From: Patescibacteria group bacterium
GTDB taxonomy: Bacteria; Patescibacteriota; Patescibacteriia; 2-01-FULL-39-33
DNA length: 64,000 bases
Direction: 5' to 3'
Assembly (NCBI GenBank): GCA_038065695.1
Contig: JBBTQN010000016.1
Coordinates: 11,738 to 75,737, forward strand
Shown: one piece after another, positions 38,067 through 48,639 of the stretch
Layout of the letters: each line of letters begins with the position of its first letter
Numbering within the stretch: the first letter of the stretch is position 1
The notes under the pieces: generated by a model
The model's database searches: none
What the model was told of the DNA's origin: nothing
Seen by the model: only the letters and a program-made list of their open reading frames with translations
Program-made: the position numbers and the translations under genes

Positions 38067-38600
38067 TCATCCTGATTTTCGATTAAAAAATCTTTTTGTA
38101 AATCCCTTCTTTGCCTTTTTATCTTGTCGTTCGTTTGGTTTTTTCCCTTCTTTTTTCGCTTCCGCTTTTTCTTTTACCTCAAACTCTTTCAAATCATCAA
38201 CCTTTATAATATCGTCTTTCTGATCTTCTTTTGGTTTGGCTTTTTTAATTTTCCCCGGCTCGGTTGGGACCCGCTCGGCCAAAATCAGAGAGAGATGAGA
38301 GGTGCGCTTTCGAATCGGCGTGGCTCGACCCATCGCTCTAGGCATAAAACGGTGAATCGTCGGACCGCCGTCAACTCTGATTTCCTTGATATATAAATTA
38401 CCTCTTTTCAAATTAAAATTCTCTTCGGCGTTTGAAATCGCTGACCTGATCAGCTTCTCCACTGGCCCAGTCGCTCTCTTCTTTAAAAACTTCAATTGGG
38501 TTAAGGCCTCTTCCACGTCTAAACCTTTAGTCAGATCAATGACTAATCTTACCTTCCTCGGCGACATTCTTAAAAAATTTGTTTTGGCTTTTAATTCCAT
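38067..38600 (-). CDS. rplV: 50S ribosomal protein L22 with charged C-terminal extension
   Basis: SPRKVRLV, PRAMGRA..KRTSH. Confidence 0.96.
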   Translation of the reverse strand: MELKAKTNFLRMSPRKVRLVIDLTKGLDVEEALTQLKFLKKRATGPVEKLIRSAISNAEENFNLKRGNLYIKEIRVDGGPTIHRFMPRAMGRATPIRKRTSHLSLILAERVPTEPGKIKKAKPKEDQKDDIIKVDDLKEFEVKEKAEAKKEGKKPNERQDKKAKKGFTKRFFNRKSG

Positions 38601-38618
38601 ACTGTTTTATTCGGCTGG

Positions 38619-38921
38619 TTATTTTTTCTCCGCCTCGGTCTTGGAGACGTCAATCGCTTTTTGAATCTTGCCGCCGTGCTTGACGAACTTGCGCGTCGGA
38701 GAAAATTCTCCTAGTTTATGGCCGACCATATTTTCCACCACGAAAACTTGAATAAATTCCCGGCCGTTATGAACGCCAAAAGTATAGCCTACCATTTCCG
38801 GCGTAATCGTGCAACCTCGAGACCAAGTCTTGATAACCACTTTGTCTCCCTTTTTTATTTTGGCCATTTTCTTGAGAAGTTTCTCGTCGACATAAGGGCC
38901 TTTTTTCAAACTTCTTGACAT
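38619..38921 (-). CDS. rpsS: 30S ribosomal protein S19
   Basis: [22 protein letters not shown]. Confidence 0.97.
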   Translation of the reverse strand: MSRSLKKGPYVDEKLLKKMAKIKKGDKVVIKTWSRGCTITPEMVGYTFGVHNGREFIQVFVVENMVGHKLGEFSPTRKFVKHGGKIQKAIDVSKTEAEKK

Positions 38922-38925
38922 ATTA

Positions 38926-39018
38926 TTTTAGCTTATTAGCTGGTTAGCTTATTAGCTTGTTAGGATTCTCTTTTTATTTTTCCTAAGAAGCTAATAAGCT
39001 ACAAGCTACAACCTAATT
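38926..39018. repeat. Inverted tandem-repeat spacer, TTAGCTTA family
   Basis: ttagcttattagctggttagcttattagcttgttagg .. cctaagaagctaataagctacaagctac. Confidence 0.8.
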
Positions 39019-39020
39019 AA

Positions 39021-39866
39021 TTATTTTTTCTTCCTTGACGGCCGGCGAGAAAGAATGAAGCGCTGTGAATACTTTCCTTTATTTCTCGTCCTGACGCCCA
39101 AAGCCACTTTGCCCCAAGGCGTTTTGGGTGATTTAAGACCGATCGGGTTGACGCCTTCACCGCCGCCATGAGGGTGATCGACCGGGTTCATCGCTTTGCC
39201 TCTCACCGTCGGCCTGATGCCTCGATGCCGCATTCGGCCGGCCTTGCCCCAGCGGATATTTTTAAAATCAGGATTGCTCACCACGCCAATCGTCGCCAAG
39301 CAGTCTTCATTAACCAATCTCACTTCTCCCGAGGGCATTTTAAGCTGAGCCAAATGGTTGTCAAAACCCATTAAATAAATTGAATTGCCGGCGCTCCGCG
39401 CCAACTGTCCGCCTCGGCCGGGAATCAATTCCACATTATAGACAAACATGCCGGCGGGGATGAATTTTAAGGGCATCGCGTTGCCCACTTTAATATCCGT
39501 CAAATTCTTTGAGCTCTTGACCGACTCACCGACTTTCAATTCTTGAGGAGCGACCATATATCTCTTTTCGCCGTCTTGATAAAAAAGCAGAGCGATCCGC
39601 GCGTTTCGGTTTGGATCATATTCAATGGAAACGACCTTGGCCGGTATCTCAAATTTGTCTCTTTTAAAATCAATCACTCTGATTTTTTTCCGCGCTCCGC
39701 CTCCTTGATGGCGCACGGTAATCTTACCTTGGGCGTTTCGGCCCGCCATTCTCTTTTTAGACACGATCAAGCCTTTCTCGGGTTTGTGCCGAGTGATGTC
39801 TCCTCTTTCCAAAACCGAAGTTTGGCGTCTCGCCGGGCTGGTTGGTTTGTATATTTTAATTGGCAT
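39021..39866 (-). CDS. rplB: 50S ribosomal protein L2
   Basis: [23 protein letters not shown]. Confidence 0.98.
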   Translation of the reverse strand: MPIKIYKPTSPARRQTSVLERGDITRHKPEKGLIVSKKRMAGRNAQGKITVRHQGGGARKKIRVIDFKRDKFEIPAKVVSIEYDPNRNARIALLFYQDGEKRYMVAPQELKVGESVKSSKNLTDIKVGNAMPLKFIPAGMFVYNVELIPGRGGQLARSAGNSIYLMGFDNHLAQLKMPSGEVRLVNEDCLATIGVVSNPDFKNIRWGKAGRMRHRGIRPTVRGKAMNPVDHPHGGGEGVNPIGLKSPKTPWGKVALGVRTRNKGKYSQRFILSRRPSRKKK

Positions 39867-39875
39867 AATTTTATT

Positions 39876-39941
39876 AGCTTATGGCCCATGGCATATGGCT
39901 TACGGTATTTTATAAAAGCCATAAGCCATATGCCATATGCC
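39876..39941. repeat. Inverted heptamer spacer, TATGGCT/AGCCATA family
   Basis: gcttatggcccatggcatatggcttacgg .. aagccataagccatatgccatatgcc. Confidence 0.85.
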
Positions 39942-39944
39942 GCG

Positions 39945-40427
39945 TTACGTGCCTTCTTGTATCTGAATCGCCTGGCCTTCAGGCAGGGTGATGATCGCTT
40001 TCTTCCAGCCCTTTCTGGTGCCAAAGCTCCGGCCCATTCTCACTTTTTTTCCGGAAAAATTTAAAATGTTAACGCTCGCGGGCTTCACGCCATAACGATT
40101 CAAAATCGCTTGGGCGATTTGAATTTTATTGGCGCCGATGTCAACGGCAAAAACATATTTATTCAAAATCCCCAAGCCCGTGCTTTTTTCCGTGATGAGC
40201 GGACGAATTAAAACGCCATGAAACTCTTTCTTCGACAAAATCTTCTCTTTCAATTCTTTGTTTGTTTTTGTCGGCTTGATGGCCGCCTTCTCTTCTTTAA
40301 TCTTCTGTTCTTTAATTTCCGGCTCCATTTTCACCTCTTCTTTTTTCGCAACTTTAACCTTCGGCTCACGCTTGGCCGCCTTCTCTTCTTTCTTGGCTGG
40401 TTTTTTAAAACTGCTAAATATTCCCAT
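39945..40427 (-). CDS. rplW: 50S ribosomal protein L23 with Lys/Glu-rich N-terminal extension
   Basis: RPLITEKS, ANKIQI, WKKAIITL. Confidence 0.95.
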   Translation of the reverse strand: MGIFSSFKKPAKKEEKAAKREPKVKVAKKEEVKMEPEIKEQKIKEEKAAIKPTKTNKELKEKILSKKEFHGVLIRPLITEKSTGLGILNKYVFAVDIGANKIQIAQAILNRYGVKPASVNILNFSGKKVRMGRSFGTRKGWKKAIITLPEGQAIQIQEGT

Positions 40428-40441
40428 ATAATATAGTTGCG

Positions 40442-41098
40442 TTATTTTATCTTCCGATAATGCTTCTCAATTATTTTAATCGCTTTCTCCGAGGTTAAAA
40501 TCGTGTCGTATTTCAAAACATCCAGGCAGTTCAAGCTGTCCGCCAAAATCGTGTTGGCATTCTTGAGATTCAAAGCCGCTCGGATAAAATCCCGGTCATT
40601 TTTGTCCAGAACCAACAAAAATTTCTTGCTTTTTTCCAAATCTTCAATTTTTGTCTTCAATTCTTTGAGCCAACCGCCCAAGGCCTTAGTTTTGACTTCT
40701 TTCAATTTTAATTCATTGAAAACCACCAAGGAATTTTCTTTCACTTTATCCGAAAGGCACATCGCCAGAGCCAGCTGTTTCTGCTTCTTGTTCACTTTCT
40801 CTTTGAAATTCCGGTCTTTTCTTGGGCCGAAAGTGACGCCGCCGCCAATCCATAAAGGTGAACGGATTGAGCCGTGCCGCGCTCGGCCGGTGCCTTTTTG
40901 GCGCCACGGCTTTTTGCCGCCGCCTCTCACTTCGCCCTTGGTCTTAGTGTGGGCCAAAACTTGCCTGGAGTTGGCCATTTGCGCGACCACCACCTGATGG
41001 ACGACCTCATTCTTCGGTTTGACGCCAAAAATCCGGGAACTTAATTCCATCTCTTTCATTTTCTCGCCGCTTAAATTGTAGACGGGAATCTTTATCAT
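40442..41098 (-). CDS. rplD: 50S ribosomal protein L4
   Basis: KPWRQKGTGRARHGSIRSP. Confidence 0.98.
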   Translation of the reverse strand: MIKIPVYNLSGEKMKEMELSSRIFGVKPKNEVVHQVVVAQMANSRQVLAHTKTKGEVRGGGKKPWRQKGTGRARHGSIRSPLWIGGGVTFGPRKDRNFKEKVNKKQKQLALAMCLSDKVKENSLVVFNELKLKEVKTKALGGWLKELKTKIEDLEKSKKFLLVLDKNDRDFIRAALNLKNANTILADSLNCLDVLKYDTILTSEKAIKIIEKHYRKIK

Positions 41099-41146
41099 AT
41101 CGGTAATTGGTAAATGGTAACTGGTAATTATTATTCTATTTTATTT

Positions 41147-41878
41147 TTATTTTTTTTCCTTAACCTCTTCCGACGCTTTAGTTTGGTCTTCAATTTTAAC
41201 TTCTTTTTTAATTCCTTCCACTGACGCCTCTTCTTGTTTTACTTCTTCTTTCTTTAATTCCATCTTGCCCGGTCCGTAAATCATTAGAAGTCCGTTTCTC
41301 GCTCCCGGGACCGCGCCAGAAACATATAAAATATTTTTTTCTTTATCAATCTCCACGACTTTGAGGCCGCTCACCGTTACTTGCGCGTCACCCATGTGTC
41401 CAGGCATTCTTTTGCCCTTCATCACTCTTTGCGGATCGGTATTGCCGATGGAGCCGGGCATTCTTTCCTGGTCTTTGTGGCCATGGCTGCTTTTCTGGCC
41501 GTGAAAACCGTGGCGCTTGACCACGCCCTGGAAGCCCCGCCCTTTGGAATTGCCCGTCACTTTAATTTTATCGCCGGCTTCAAAAGCCCCCACCGTAATC
41601 ACATCGCCGCGATTTAAACCGCCCATCTCATCTTCGGCGATTTCAAACTCACGCAAAGTTTTCAACTTGGGTAAATCCTTCAAGTGGCCGGCTTGCGGCT
41701 TTTTCAATTTTTTAGCCGCGCCAAAGCCGACTTGGACTGCCGTCGTGTTTTCTTTGCCCTTAGTTTTCAACTGGGTGATTACATTGGGCTCGGCCAAGAC
41801 TGCCGTGACCGGAACCACGTCGCCGTTATCCTTGAAAACCTGGGTCATTTCTAATTTTTTGCCTAGAATAAATTTCAT
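41147..41878 (-). CDS. rplC: 50S ribosomal protein L3
   Basis: SKGRGFQGVVKRHGF, RMPGHMG. Confidence 0.98.
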   Translation of the reverse strand: MKFILGKKLEMTQVFKDNGDVVPVTAVLAEPNVITQLKTKGKENTTAVQVGFGAAKKLKKPQAGHLKDLPKLKTLREFEIAEDEMGGLNRGDVITVGAFEAGDKIKVTGNSKGRGFQGVVKRHGFHGQKSSHGHKDQERMPGSIGNTDPQRVMKGKRMPGHMGDAQVTVSGLKVVEIDKEKNILYVSGAVPGARNGLLMIYGPGKMELKKEEVKQEEASVEGIKKEVKIEDQTKASEEVKEKK

Positions 41879-41883
41879 ATTTT

Positions 41884-41987
41884 ATATGATACCAATATAC
41901 GAATGTTTACCAATGATACGAATGTTGCTTTGGGAATAACTTAGAATGATTAGTAGCATTGGTATGATTCGTATATTAGTATCATAT
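41884..41987. repeat. Inverted tandem-repeat spacer (ATAC(C/G)AAT units)
   Basis: atatgataccaatatacgaat .. attcgtatattagtatcatat terminal inverted arms. Confidence 0.8.
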
Positions 41988-41997
41988 TTTATTTGTA

Positions 41998-42190
41998 TAA
42001 AAAAACCTGGCCACATACCTTAAGCCAGATTCAACTTGTCGCGCCAAAAAGCACTACTTGTTAAATTCTATATCTTAATTTAGTATGTCGGTTTTCCCTT
42101 TTTAATCGATGTCGATTATGGAGGTTTTCCCCTTTTTGCTTCTATAATTACGCGGGAACTTTCTCCATTTTCTTCATTGATTATAATTCT
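41998..42190 (-). ncRNA. Candidate structured cis-regulatory RNA between rpsJ and rplC
   Basis: Three A-tract+GG(A/G)GAAA..CC motifs, several hairpins, ends in TCTGGC..GCCAGG-T7 terminator-like stem. Confidence 0.4.
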
Positions 42191-42258
42191 CTACGAATTA
42201 CGAATTTTTACGAATTTACGAATATTTGTATATTCGTACCGATTCGTAATTCGTAGAA
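42190..42258. repeat. Inverted tandem-repeat spacer, TACGAAT family
   Basis: 42191-42226 is the exact reverse complement of 44624-44659. Confidence 0.85.
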
Positions 42259-42260
42259 GG

Positions 42261-42608
42261 TTACATTTTAATCTCAATGTTGACTCCGGCCGGCAAATTT
42301 AAATTCATGAGCGCGTCCACCGTCTTACTGTCAGGATCAATGATGTCAATCAAGCGCTTGTGAACTCTCATTTCAAACTGATCTCGGCTGTCCTTATGGA
42401 CAAAAGTCGATCGGTTGACGGTATATTTTTTCTTTTCCGTCGGCAGGGGAATCGGACCGGCGACTTTGGCGCCGAATCTCTGGCAGGTCTCAATAATCTT
42501 TTTCGCCGAACTGTCAATAATCTTGTTATCGTACGCCTTGATTTTTATCCTGATCCGTTGGTGCGCCTTTTCATTAGTCGCGCTTGCCGCCGAGGTTTTA
42601 CTGGCCAT
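42261..42608 (-). CDS. rpsJ: 30S ribosomal protein S10
   Basis: [29 protein letters not shown]. Confidence 0.98.
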   Translation of the reverse strand: MASKTSAASATNEKAHQRIRIKIKAYDNKIIDSSAKKIIETCQRFGAKVAGPIPLPTEKKKYTVNRSTFVHKDSRDQFEMRVHKRLIDIIDPDSKTVDALMNLNLPAGVNIEIKM

Positions 42609-42678
42609 TATTTTTTAATTAACTATTTCTTCGCTCACATAAGGGACCCCAAAAAAGGGATCCCTTATGGAAAAACTT

Positions 42679-43869
42679 TTATTTAATGATTTTAGTGACG
42701 ACACCCGCGCCCACCGTGTGTCCACCCTCTCTAATCGCGAATTTCATTTTTTCTTCCATCGCCACCGGTTTGCCCAGTTTCACTTTCAAATTATTGATGG
42801 TATCGCCCGGCATCACCATTTCCACGCCTTCGGCGAGTTCAATCTCACCGGTCACATCGGTGGTGCGGACATAAAACTGCGGCTTGTAGCCCTTGAAAAA
42901 CGGTTTGTGCCGGCCGCCTTCCTCTTTGGACAGGACATAAACTTCCGCTTCAAAATCGGTATGCGGGGTGATTGAGCCCGGCTTGGCGAGTACTTGGCCG
43001 CGCTCCACTTCTTCTTTTCTGATGCCGCGGAGCAAAATGCCGGCATTATCGCCCGCTCGGCCTTCATCTAATGACTTGTTAAACATTTCAATGCCGGTGA
43101 CCACGGTCTTTTTGGTTTCGCCCAAACCGACGATTTCCACTTCTTCATTGAGCTTGACCAGGCCTCTTTCAATCCGGCCGGTCACGACCGTGCCGCGGCC
43201 TTCAATGGAAAAAACATCTTCAATCGGCATTAAAAACGGCTGGTCAGTCGCTCTCTGCGGCTCGGGAATATAAGTATCCAAAGCTTCCATCAGTTTCATC
43301 ACCGGCTCGGCGTCCGGACCGGTCGGATCCGCCAGCGCTTTCAAAGCGCTGCCTCGGATAATCGGCGTAGCATCGCCGGGGAATTCATATTTTTTGAGTA
43401 AGTCGCGGATTTCTTCTTCCACTAAATCAATCAAAGACGGATCGTCCACTTGGTCAACTTTATTGATGAAGACCACGATATAAGGCACGCCGACTTGTCT
43501 CGCGAGCAAGATGTGCTCTCTGGTCTGGGGCATCGGGCCGTCAGTCGCGGCCACGACCAAAATCGCGCCGTCCATCTGCGCCGCGCCGGTAATCATGTTT
43601 TTAATGTAGTCAGCATGACCCGGGCAGTCCACATGCGCGTAGTGCCTTTTTTCGGTTTCATACTCCACATGAGCGGTCGCGATCGTTATACCGCGCGCTT
43701 TTTCTTCCGGCGCCGCGTCAATCTGGTCAACTGACTTATCCTGCGCTCTAAACCCTTTAGCTCTTAAAATCTTTAGGATCGCCGCCGTCAAAGTCGTTTT
43801 GCCATGGTCCACATGGCCGATGGTGCCCACATTGATATGGGGCTTGCTTCGGTCAAATTGTTCTGCCAT
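42679..43869 (-). CDS. tuf: Elongation factor Tu
   Basis: [21 protein letters not shown]. Confidence 0.99.
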   Translation of the reverse strand: MAEQFDRSKPHINVGTIGHVDHGKTTLTAAILKILRAKGFRAQDKSVDQIDAAPEEKARGITIATAHVEYETEKRHYAHVDCPGHADYIKNMITGAAQMDGAILVVAATDGPMPQTREHILLARQVGVPYIVVFINKVDQVDDPSLIDLVEEEIRDLLKKYEFPGDATPIIRGSALKALADPTGPDAEPVMKLMEALDTYIPEPQRATDQPFLMPIEDVFSIEGRGTVVTGRIERGLVKLNEEVEIVGLGETKKTVVTGIEMFNKSLDEGRAGDNAGILLRGIRKEEVERGQVLAKPGSITPHTDFEAEVYVLSKEEGGRHKPFFKGYKPQFYVRTTDVTGEIELAEGVEMVMPGDTINNLKVKLGKPVAMEEKMKFAIREGGHTVGAGVVTKIIK

Positions 43870-44016
43870 TTTTTTAAACCTTTGGTTGAGGCCCCCGCCA
43901 AAGGCGGGTTTTATCCAGACCTCACTCTTTATTTATAAAAACACAAGAATATAAGAAAAAATATAAAAACACAGAAACCCAAATATTTTTATGTTTTTGT
44001 GTTTTATATCTTTATA

Positions 44017-44044
44017 ATTATAGCATATTTTAAATATTTAGCAA
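44017..44044 (-). promoter_or_regulatory. Promoter of tuf-rpsJ
   Basis: TTGCTA-16 nt-TATAAT with extended TG. Confidence 0.6.
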
Positions 44045-44060
44045 GAGCAGTTATCCCTAA

Positions 44061-44459
44061 TTATTCCACCGTCTCAAAATAAAGCGGGTCTTCCTCGTTT
44101 TTTTCCTTATTTTGGCTAAAATCTTCGGAAGATATTGGGTTTTCCGGCTCGGCCGGCGAGCCAAAATCCGACCCGGCTCCCTCTGTCCAATCTGGCTTAT
44201 TACGACCATTTTCCGTTAAATCAGCCGGAAAATCAGCTTGGCCAAAGGGCAAATCTTGGTCTTTATCCTCCCACCAATTACGCCAATCATCGTCGTTACG
44301 GCCAATTTCAGCCAAAAAATCATCAGGGGAAAAGTCATCGTCAGAAACCATTTTTTCATAATCGGAAAAAGGCATAATCACAAAACTCGGCTCGCCATTT
44401 TCATCCAAAATAATGGCTTTATCGCCGGTTTTTTTAATGAGAGAGAAAAGTTTTTTCAT
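44061..44459 (-). CDS. Hypothetical protein, Phd/YefM-like N-terminus plus acidic disordered tail
   Basis: KTGDKAIILDENGEPSFVIMPFSDYEKM. Confidence 0.7.
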   Translation of the reverse strand: MKKLFSLIKKTGDKAIILDENGEPSFVIMPFSDYEKMVSDDDFSPDDFLAEIGRNDDDWRNWWEDKDQDLPFGQADFPADLTENGRNKPDWTEGAGSDFGSPAEPENPISSEDFSQNKEKNEEDPLYFETVE

Positions 44460-44514
44460 AGGATTTTAGGTTACCCACGAATCTACAAATCTTGCTACGA
44501 ATTTACAAATCGAT

Positions 44515-44616
44515 TTCCCCTCCTTTCTAAGGAGGGGTTAGGGGAGGTTATGAAAGTCACGAAAATTGGCGTGAGTTTCAAAACCCCTCCTAACCTCCCC
44601 TTTGAAAGGGGAGGAA
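44515..44616. repeat. Two-armed MITE-like element (CCCCTCCTT..AAGGAGGGG family) nested inside a TACGAAT repeat spacer
   Basis: Inverted arms; flanked by repeat arms at 44476-44511 and 44620-44660. Confidence 0.8.
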
Positions 44617-44842
44617 TTTAACGAATATTCGTAAATTCGTAAAAATTCGTAATTCGTAGTTATTTTTATCTAAATTTAGCTAATTTTTATAAATAAAATA
44701 TTAATAATTTCTCTACGGGGTTGACTTTTTTATTAGATATGGTATAAATGGTATAATTGGGTGTTAAGTCAGCGCTTGTTTTGATTGGCAAAATGAGCGA
44801 GCTGACTATGAAAATAGGACATTAACAAAGAGGAGAAAAAAG

Positions 44843-45232
44843 ATGATGTCACCTTCTGAACAAAAACGATTTGTTGCTGTTGCTATTCTGTGCTTACTTT
44901 TTACTGCCGTCGTTGGCGGGACAGTAGGATACCATCATGGTCTTGCGGATGGTAAAAACGCTCTACAAGAAACCGCGCCGGTGGAAACCGCTCAAAAAGA
45001 AATGACGGAAAAGATTCCTCAATTCTTCCCAATGAACCCACCAAATATGGAAGTGGTGAGTGAATGGAGCAATAAATTATCCCCCGTTCCTTTTTCTCAT
45101 GCTAATTATGGCGACAACGCCAAATCCAGATATGTGAAAATTGATGGGAGGATGGCAGTGCAGTCAGTAGAATACCAAGCGATGTCTATTGCCTTCATCC
45201 CGCCGGATTGCGGCGAAAGCGAAGGACAGTGA
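44843..45232 (+). CDS. Hypothetical membrane-anchored protein
   Basis: 129 aa, N-terminal TM, SD GAGGAG, TTGACT/TATAAA(T) promoter upstream. Confidence 0.65.
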   Translation: MMSPSEQKRFVAVAILCLLFTAVVGGTVGYHHGLADGKNALQETAPVETAQKEMTEKIPQFFPMNPPNMEVVSEWSNKLSPVPFSHANYGDNAKSRYVKIDGRMAVQSVEYQAMSIAFIPPDCGESEGQ

Positions 45233-45268
45233 ACGGAAAACGGAAAAACAGGAAAGGAGAAAAAACAA

Positions 45269-45451
45269 ATGGACAAATCACTCACAGAGATGGAGTGCGT
45301 GGAAGAAATCGGTTTTGACGATCTCCAACAGAGATTGGAAAAACTGGTTAATCTTTTGAAAGAGCGTGAAACGGGATGTTTCACTTGGCACGAGATGCTC
45401 AACGAGCAGTTGAAAAAGCTCCACGGTCTTCTGTGTCCGCTCTTTTCTTAA
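45269..45451 (+). CDS. Small hypothetical protein
   Basis: 60 aa, SD AAGGAG, followed by a terminator-like stem. Confidence 0.6.
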   Translation: MDKSLTEMECVEEIGFDDLQQRLEKLVNLLKERETGCFTWHEMLNEQLKKLHGLLCPLFS

Positions 45452-45485
45452 GTAGCACCTTCCCTTGTAAAACACAATCAACATC

Positions 45486-45531
45486 CGACCCGCCTTGAGA
45501 CAAAGCTGTCTCTCGGCCGGGTCTTTTTTTT
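45486..45531 (+). terminator. Intrinsic terminator
   Basis: GACCCG..GAGACA..TGTCTC..CGGGTC followed by a long T tract. Confidence 0.7.
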
Positions 45532-45568
45532 GTTTTGAAAAGAACATTCTTGTCTTCGATGTTCCGTT

Positions 45569-45629
45569 GTAGAGACGGATTGCATCCGTCTCCGACGCCC
45601 AATTGAGACGCATGGCAATGCGTCTCTAC
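45569..45629. repeat. GTAG-type REP doublet
   Basis: GTAGAGACGGAT..ATCCGTCTC / GAGACGCAT..ATGCGTCTCTAC. Confidence 0.85.
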
Positions 45630-45739
45630 ATTTTCATCTTATAATATTTATAAAATAGTGGCAAGATATTGAAAACAACCCCGCAAATGCAGGGTTGCCT
45701 TTGGTAGTAAAAATTATTTCAAATTCATGATTTATTCGC

Positions 45740-46018
45740 TTAAAATAAATCATCATGCGATCCGGTAGCCACTAATTCCAAAACCAAAATGTCATGCCGG
45801 TAGCGATAGATTAAAAGCCAATCAGGCGCAATATGACATTCCCAGCAATCCTTAAAATTGCCGACTAATTTATGATTGCAATTTTTATCCGGAACATCTT
45901 TTCTTTCAATCAATAAGCTAATAATTGCTTTCAAATTATTAAATAAATCAGGATCTGATTTTTTTAATTTACGATATTGCCGCTTGAATTTGTTTGTATA
46001 CCAGATTGAATAAGCCAT
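45740..46018 (-). CDS. Type II TA toxin, YafQ family (RelE superfamily)
   Basis: HKLVGNFKDCWECHIAPDWLLIY..TGSHDDLF. Confidence 0.92.
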   Translation of the reverse strand: MAYSIWYTNKFKRQYRKLKKSDPDLFNNLKAIISLLIERKDVPDKNCNHKLVGNFKDCWECHIAPDWLLIYRYRHDILVLELVATGSHDDLF

Positions 46019-46021
46019 AAA

Positions 46022-46306
46022 CTAGGATAAGAGCTGTTTTTCTAATTCCTTTAAACTCCTTGCCGGCTTACGACGACCGGATTTGTAAGCTGCCTCCATT
46101 GCAGCAATTTCGGCTAAAATCTTTTTTTCTTGTTCTGGCGTAAAACCATTTTCGGTCGTTAGTAAAAAGGGCACGCCCTGATCGCGAACCACTTTGGCCA
46201 AATAAATCTTGATCCCTGTGCTTAAATCAAGGCCCAAAGAATTAAAAATTTTCGCGGCTTGGCGCTTGATTTTTTTATCCACTCTGGCTTGGACTAATTC
46301 AGTCAT
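46022..46306 (-). CDS. Type II TA antitoxin, RelB/DinJ family
   Basis: VQARVD..KRQAAKIFNSLGLDLSTGIKIYL..GVPF. Confidence 0.92.
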   Translation of the reverse strand: MTELVQARVDKKIKRQAAKIFNSLGLDLSTGIKIYLAKVVRDQGVPFLLTTENGFTPEQEKKILAEIAAMEAAYKSGRRKPARSLKELEKQLLS

Positions 46307-46333
46307 AAAATTTAATATTATTAATATATTCAT

Positions 46334-46362
46334 ATTGTATTACATTGTATAGACATTGTCAA
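46334..46362 (-). promoter_or_regulatory. TA operon promoter with overlapping repeated operator
   Basis: TTGACA-17 nt-TACAAT containing three ACAAT(G/A)T repeats. Confidence 0.7.
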
Positions 46363-46423
46363 TAGAGTTATCCACAACCAAAAAATCCCCCGCCAGAACG
46401 GAAGATTTTTTTATTATAATAAC

Positions 46424-48556
46424 CTATTTCCTTTCCGTGGCTTTGCCGGCTCGTCCTTCCACAATCTTCATTTCCACATTCTTCGGCACTTCGCTGTATT
46501 TCAAAAATTCCATCGTGGAAGAAGCGCGGCCTTGGGTGAGCGAGCGCAGCACCGTGGCGTAGCCGAACATTTCCGCGAGCGGCACTTCGGCGGAAATCAC
46601 TTTGACTTTGGCCGAGCCGATTCCCCTTTCATCCATATTGCCGATGATGGCGCGGCGCGAATTCAAATCGCCGATGACATCGCCCATGAATTGTTCGGGC
46701 GTGACGGCTTCAATTTTCATAATCGGTTCCAAAATCACCGGACCGGCTTGCTTGACCGCGGCTTGAAACGCCAGGGAGCCGGCAATTTTAAACGCCGCTT
46801 CGGAAGAGTCCACTTCGTGATACGAGCCGTCATAAACCGTCACCCGAATATCAATCAAAGGATAGCCGGCGATGACACCTCTATCCATCGCCTCACGCGC
46901 GCCTTTTTCAATCGGCTTAATGTATTCTTTGGGAATCACGCCGCCTTTGATTTCGTCAACAAATTCAAAAATCTTGTTCGGCTCGGACGGCTCAACTTTA
47001 AGCCAACAATGGCCGTATTGTCCCCGGCCGCCGGACTGACGGATATATTTGCCTTCGGCTGCCGCCATTTTTTTGATCGTCTCTTTGTAAGCGACTTGCG
47101 GCGCGCCGACATTGGCCTCCACTTTGAACTCGCGCTTCATGCGCTCAACGATGATATCCAAATGAAGCTCGCCCATGCCGGAAATGATCGTCTGCATTGT
47201 TTCTTCATCGGTCCGGACGCGGAAGGTCGGGTCTTCTTCGGAAAGCTTGGACAAAGCGATACCCATTTTTTCTTGGTCGGCTTTGGTCTTGGGCTCAATC
47301 GCGATATCAATGACCGGTTCGGGGAAAGTGATCCTTTCCAAAAATATCGGGTGGCTCGGGTCGGACAAAGTGTCGCCGGTAGTCGTGCCTTTGAGCCCCA
47401 CGATGGCGGCGATTTCTCCGGCATACACTTCCTCAATGTCTTCGCGAGAGTTGGCGTGCATGCGCAGGATCCGGCCGACTCTTTCTTTATTGCCGTTGGT
47501 ATTGTTTAAAATATAAGAGCTGGATTTAAGGACGCCGCTGTAAACGCGGTAAAAAATAAGCTTGCCGACGAACGGGTCGGTCGCCACTTTGAAAGCCAAG
47601 CCGACCAAAGGCGCGTCGTCTTTCACTGCCACTTTTATTTCTTTACTCTCGTCGTCAACATCGTGGCCGATAGGCGCGGCGATATCCAAAGGAGACGGCA
47701 AAAATTCGTCCACCGCGTCCAGTAAGAATTGGACGCCTTTATTTTTTAAAGCCGAGCCGCAAAGAATCGGTACAATTTTATTTTTTATGGTCGCCTGACG
47801 CAAAACCCGCTTCAAATCGGCGATGGGAATTTCTTCGCCCGCCAAATATTTTTCGGTCAATTCATTATCATGTCCGGAAATCGCTTCCACTAATTTCGCC
47901 CGATATTCTTTCGCTCTTTCTACCTCATTGGCGGGAATTTCGGTGTCTTCCCATTTCGTCCCCAACTCATCTTGGTAAATGCGCGCTTTCATCTCAAAAA
48001 GGTCAATGATGCCCTTAAAAGTTTCGGCCGCGCCGATCGGAATCTGAATCGGGTGGGCGTTTGGGGTAAGCCGGTCGTGAATGGTCGCGAGGTCATGATA
48101 AAAATCCGCGCCCATCCGGTCCATCTTATTGATGAAGCCGATTTTCGGCACGTGATACTTTTCCGATTGCCGCCAGACAGTCTCGGACTGCGGCTCCACG
48201 CCGGCCACGCCGTCAAAAACAATCACCCCGCCGTCCAAGACGCGGAGCGACCGCTCCACTTCGGCGGTGAAGTCAACATGGCCCGGCGTGTCAATGATAT
48301 TGATTTGAATGTCGCCCCCGCCCAGCCACTCGGCGTTCGGCCAAAAGCAAGTCGTCGCGGCCGAGGTTATGGTGATGCCGCGCTCTTGCTCTTGTTCCAT
48401 CCAATCCATCGTCGCTTCGCCTTCATGGACCTCACCCATTTTGTGTTTTTTGCCGGTGTAAAACAAAACCCGCTCGGTGACGGTCGTCTTTCCAGCGTCG
48501 ATGTGAGCGATGATGCCAATATTTCTGATTTTTTCCAGGGGTTCTAAACGAGGCAT
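46424..48556 (-). CDS. fusA: Elongation factor G
   Basis: [35 protein letters not shown]. Confidence 0.99.
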   Translation of the reverse strand: MPRLEPLEKIRNIGIIAHIDAGKTTVTERVLFYTGKKHKMGEVHEGEATMDWMEQEQERGITITSAATTCFWPNAEWLGGGDIQINIIDTPGHVDFTAEVERSLRVLDGGVIVFDGVAGVEPQSETVWRQSEKYHVPKIGFINKMDRMGADFYHDLATIHDRLTPNAHPIQIPIGAAETFKGIIDLFEMKARIYQDELGTKWEDTEIPANEVERAKEYRAKLVEAISGHDNELTEKYLAGEEIPIADLKRVLRQATIKNKIVPILCGSALKNKGVQFLLDAVDEFLPSPLDIAAPIGHDVDDESKEIKVAVKDDAPLVGLAFKVATDPFVGKLIFYRVYSGVLKSSSYILNNTNGNKERVGRILRMHANSREDIEEVYAGEIAAIVGLKGTTTGDTLSDPSHPIFLERITFPEPVIDIAIEPKTKADQEKMGIALSKLSEEDPTFRVRTDEETMQTIISGMGELHLDIIVERMKREFKVEANVGAPQVAYKETIKKMAAAEGKYIRQSGGRGQYGHCWLKVEPSEPNKIFEFVDEIKGGVIPKEYIKPIEKGAREAMDRGVIAGYPLIDIRVTVYDGSYHEVDSSEAAFKIAGSLAFQAAVKQAGPVILEPIMKIEAVTPEQFMGDVIGDLNSRRAIIGNMDERGIGSAKVKVISAEVPLAEMFGYATVLRSLTQGRASSTMEFLKYSEVPKNVEMKIVEGRAGKATERK

Positions 48557-48639
48557 AAGAATCTAATTTTTAATTTTGTAATTTTTAATTTTTAAATAAT
48601 ACTCTAATTTTTAATTTTTAATTTCAAAAAAATAAAAAA

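Noticed and set aside
46368-46376. Perfect DnaA box TTATCCACA as replication origin
   Set aside because: Single box, with no cluster and no dnaA nearby.
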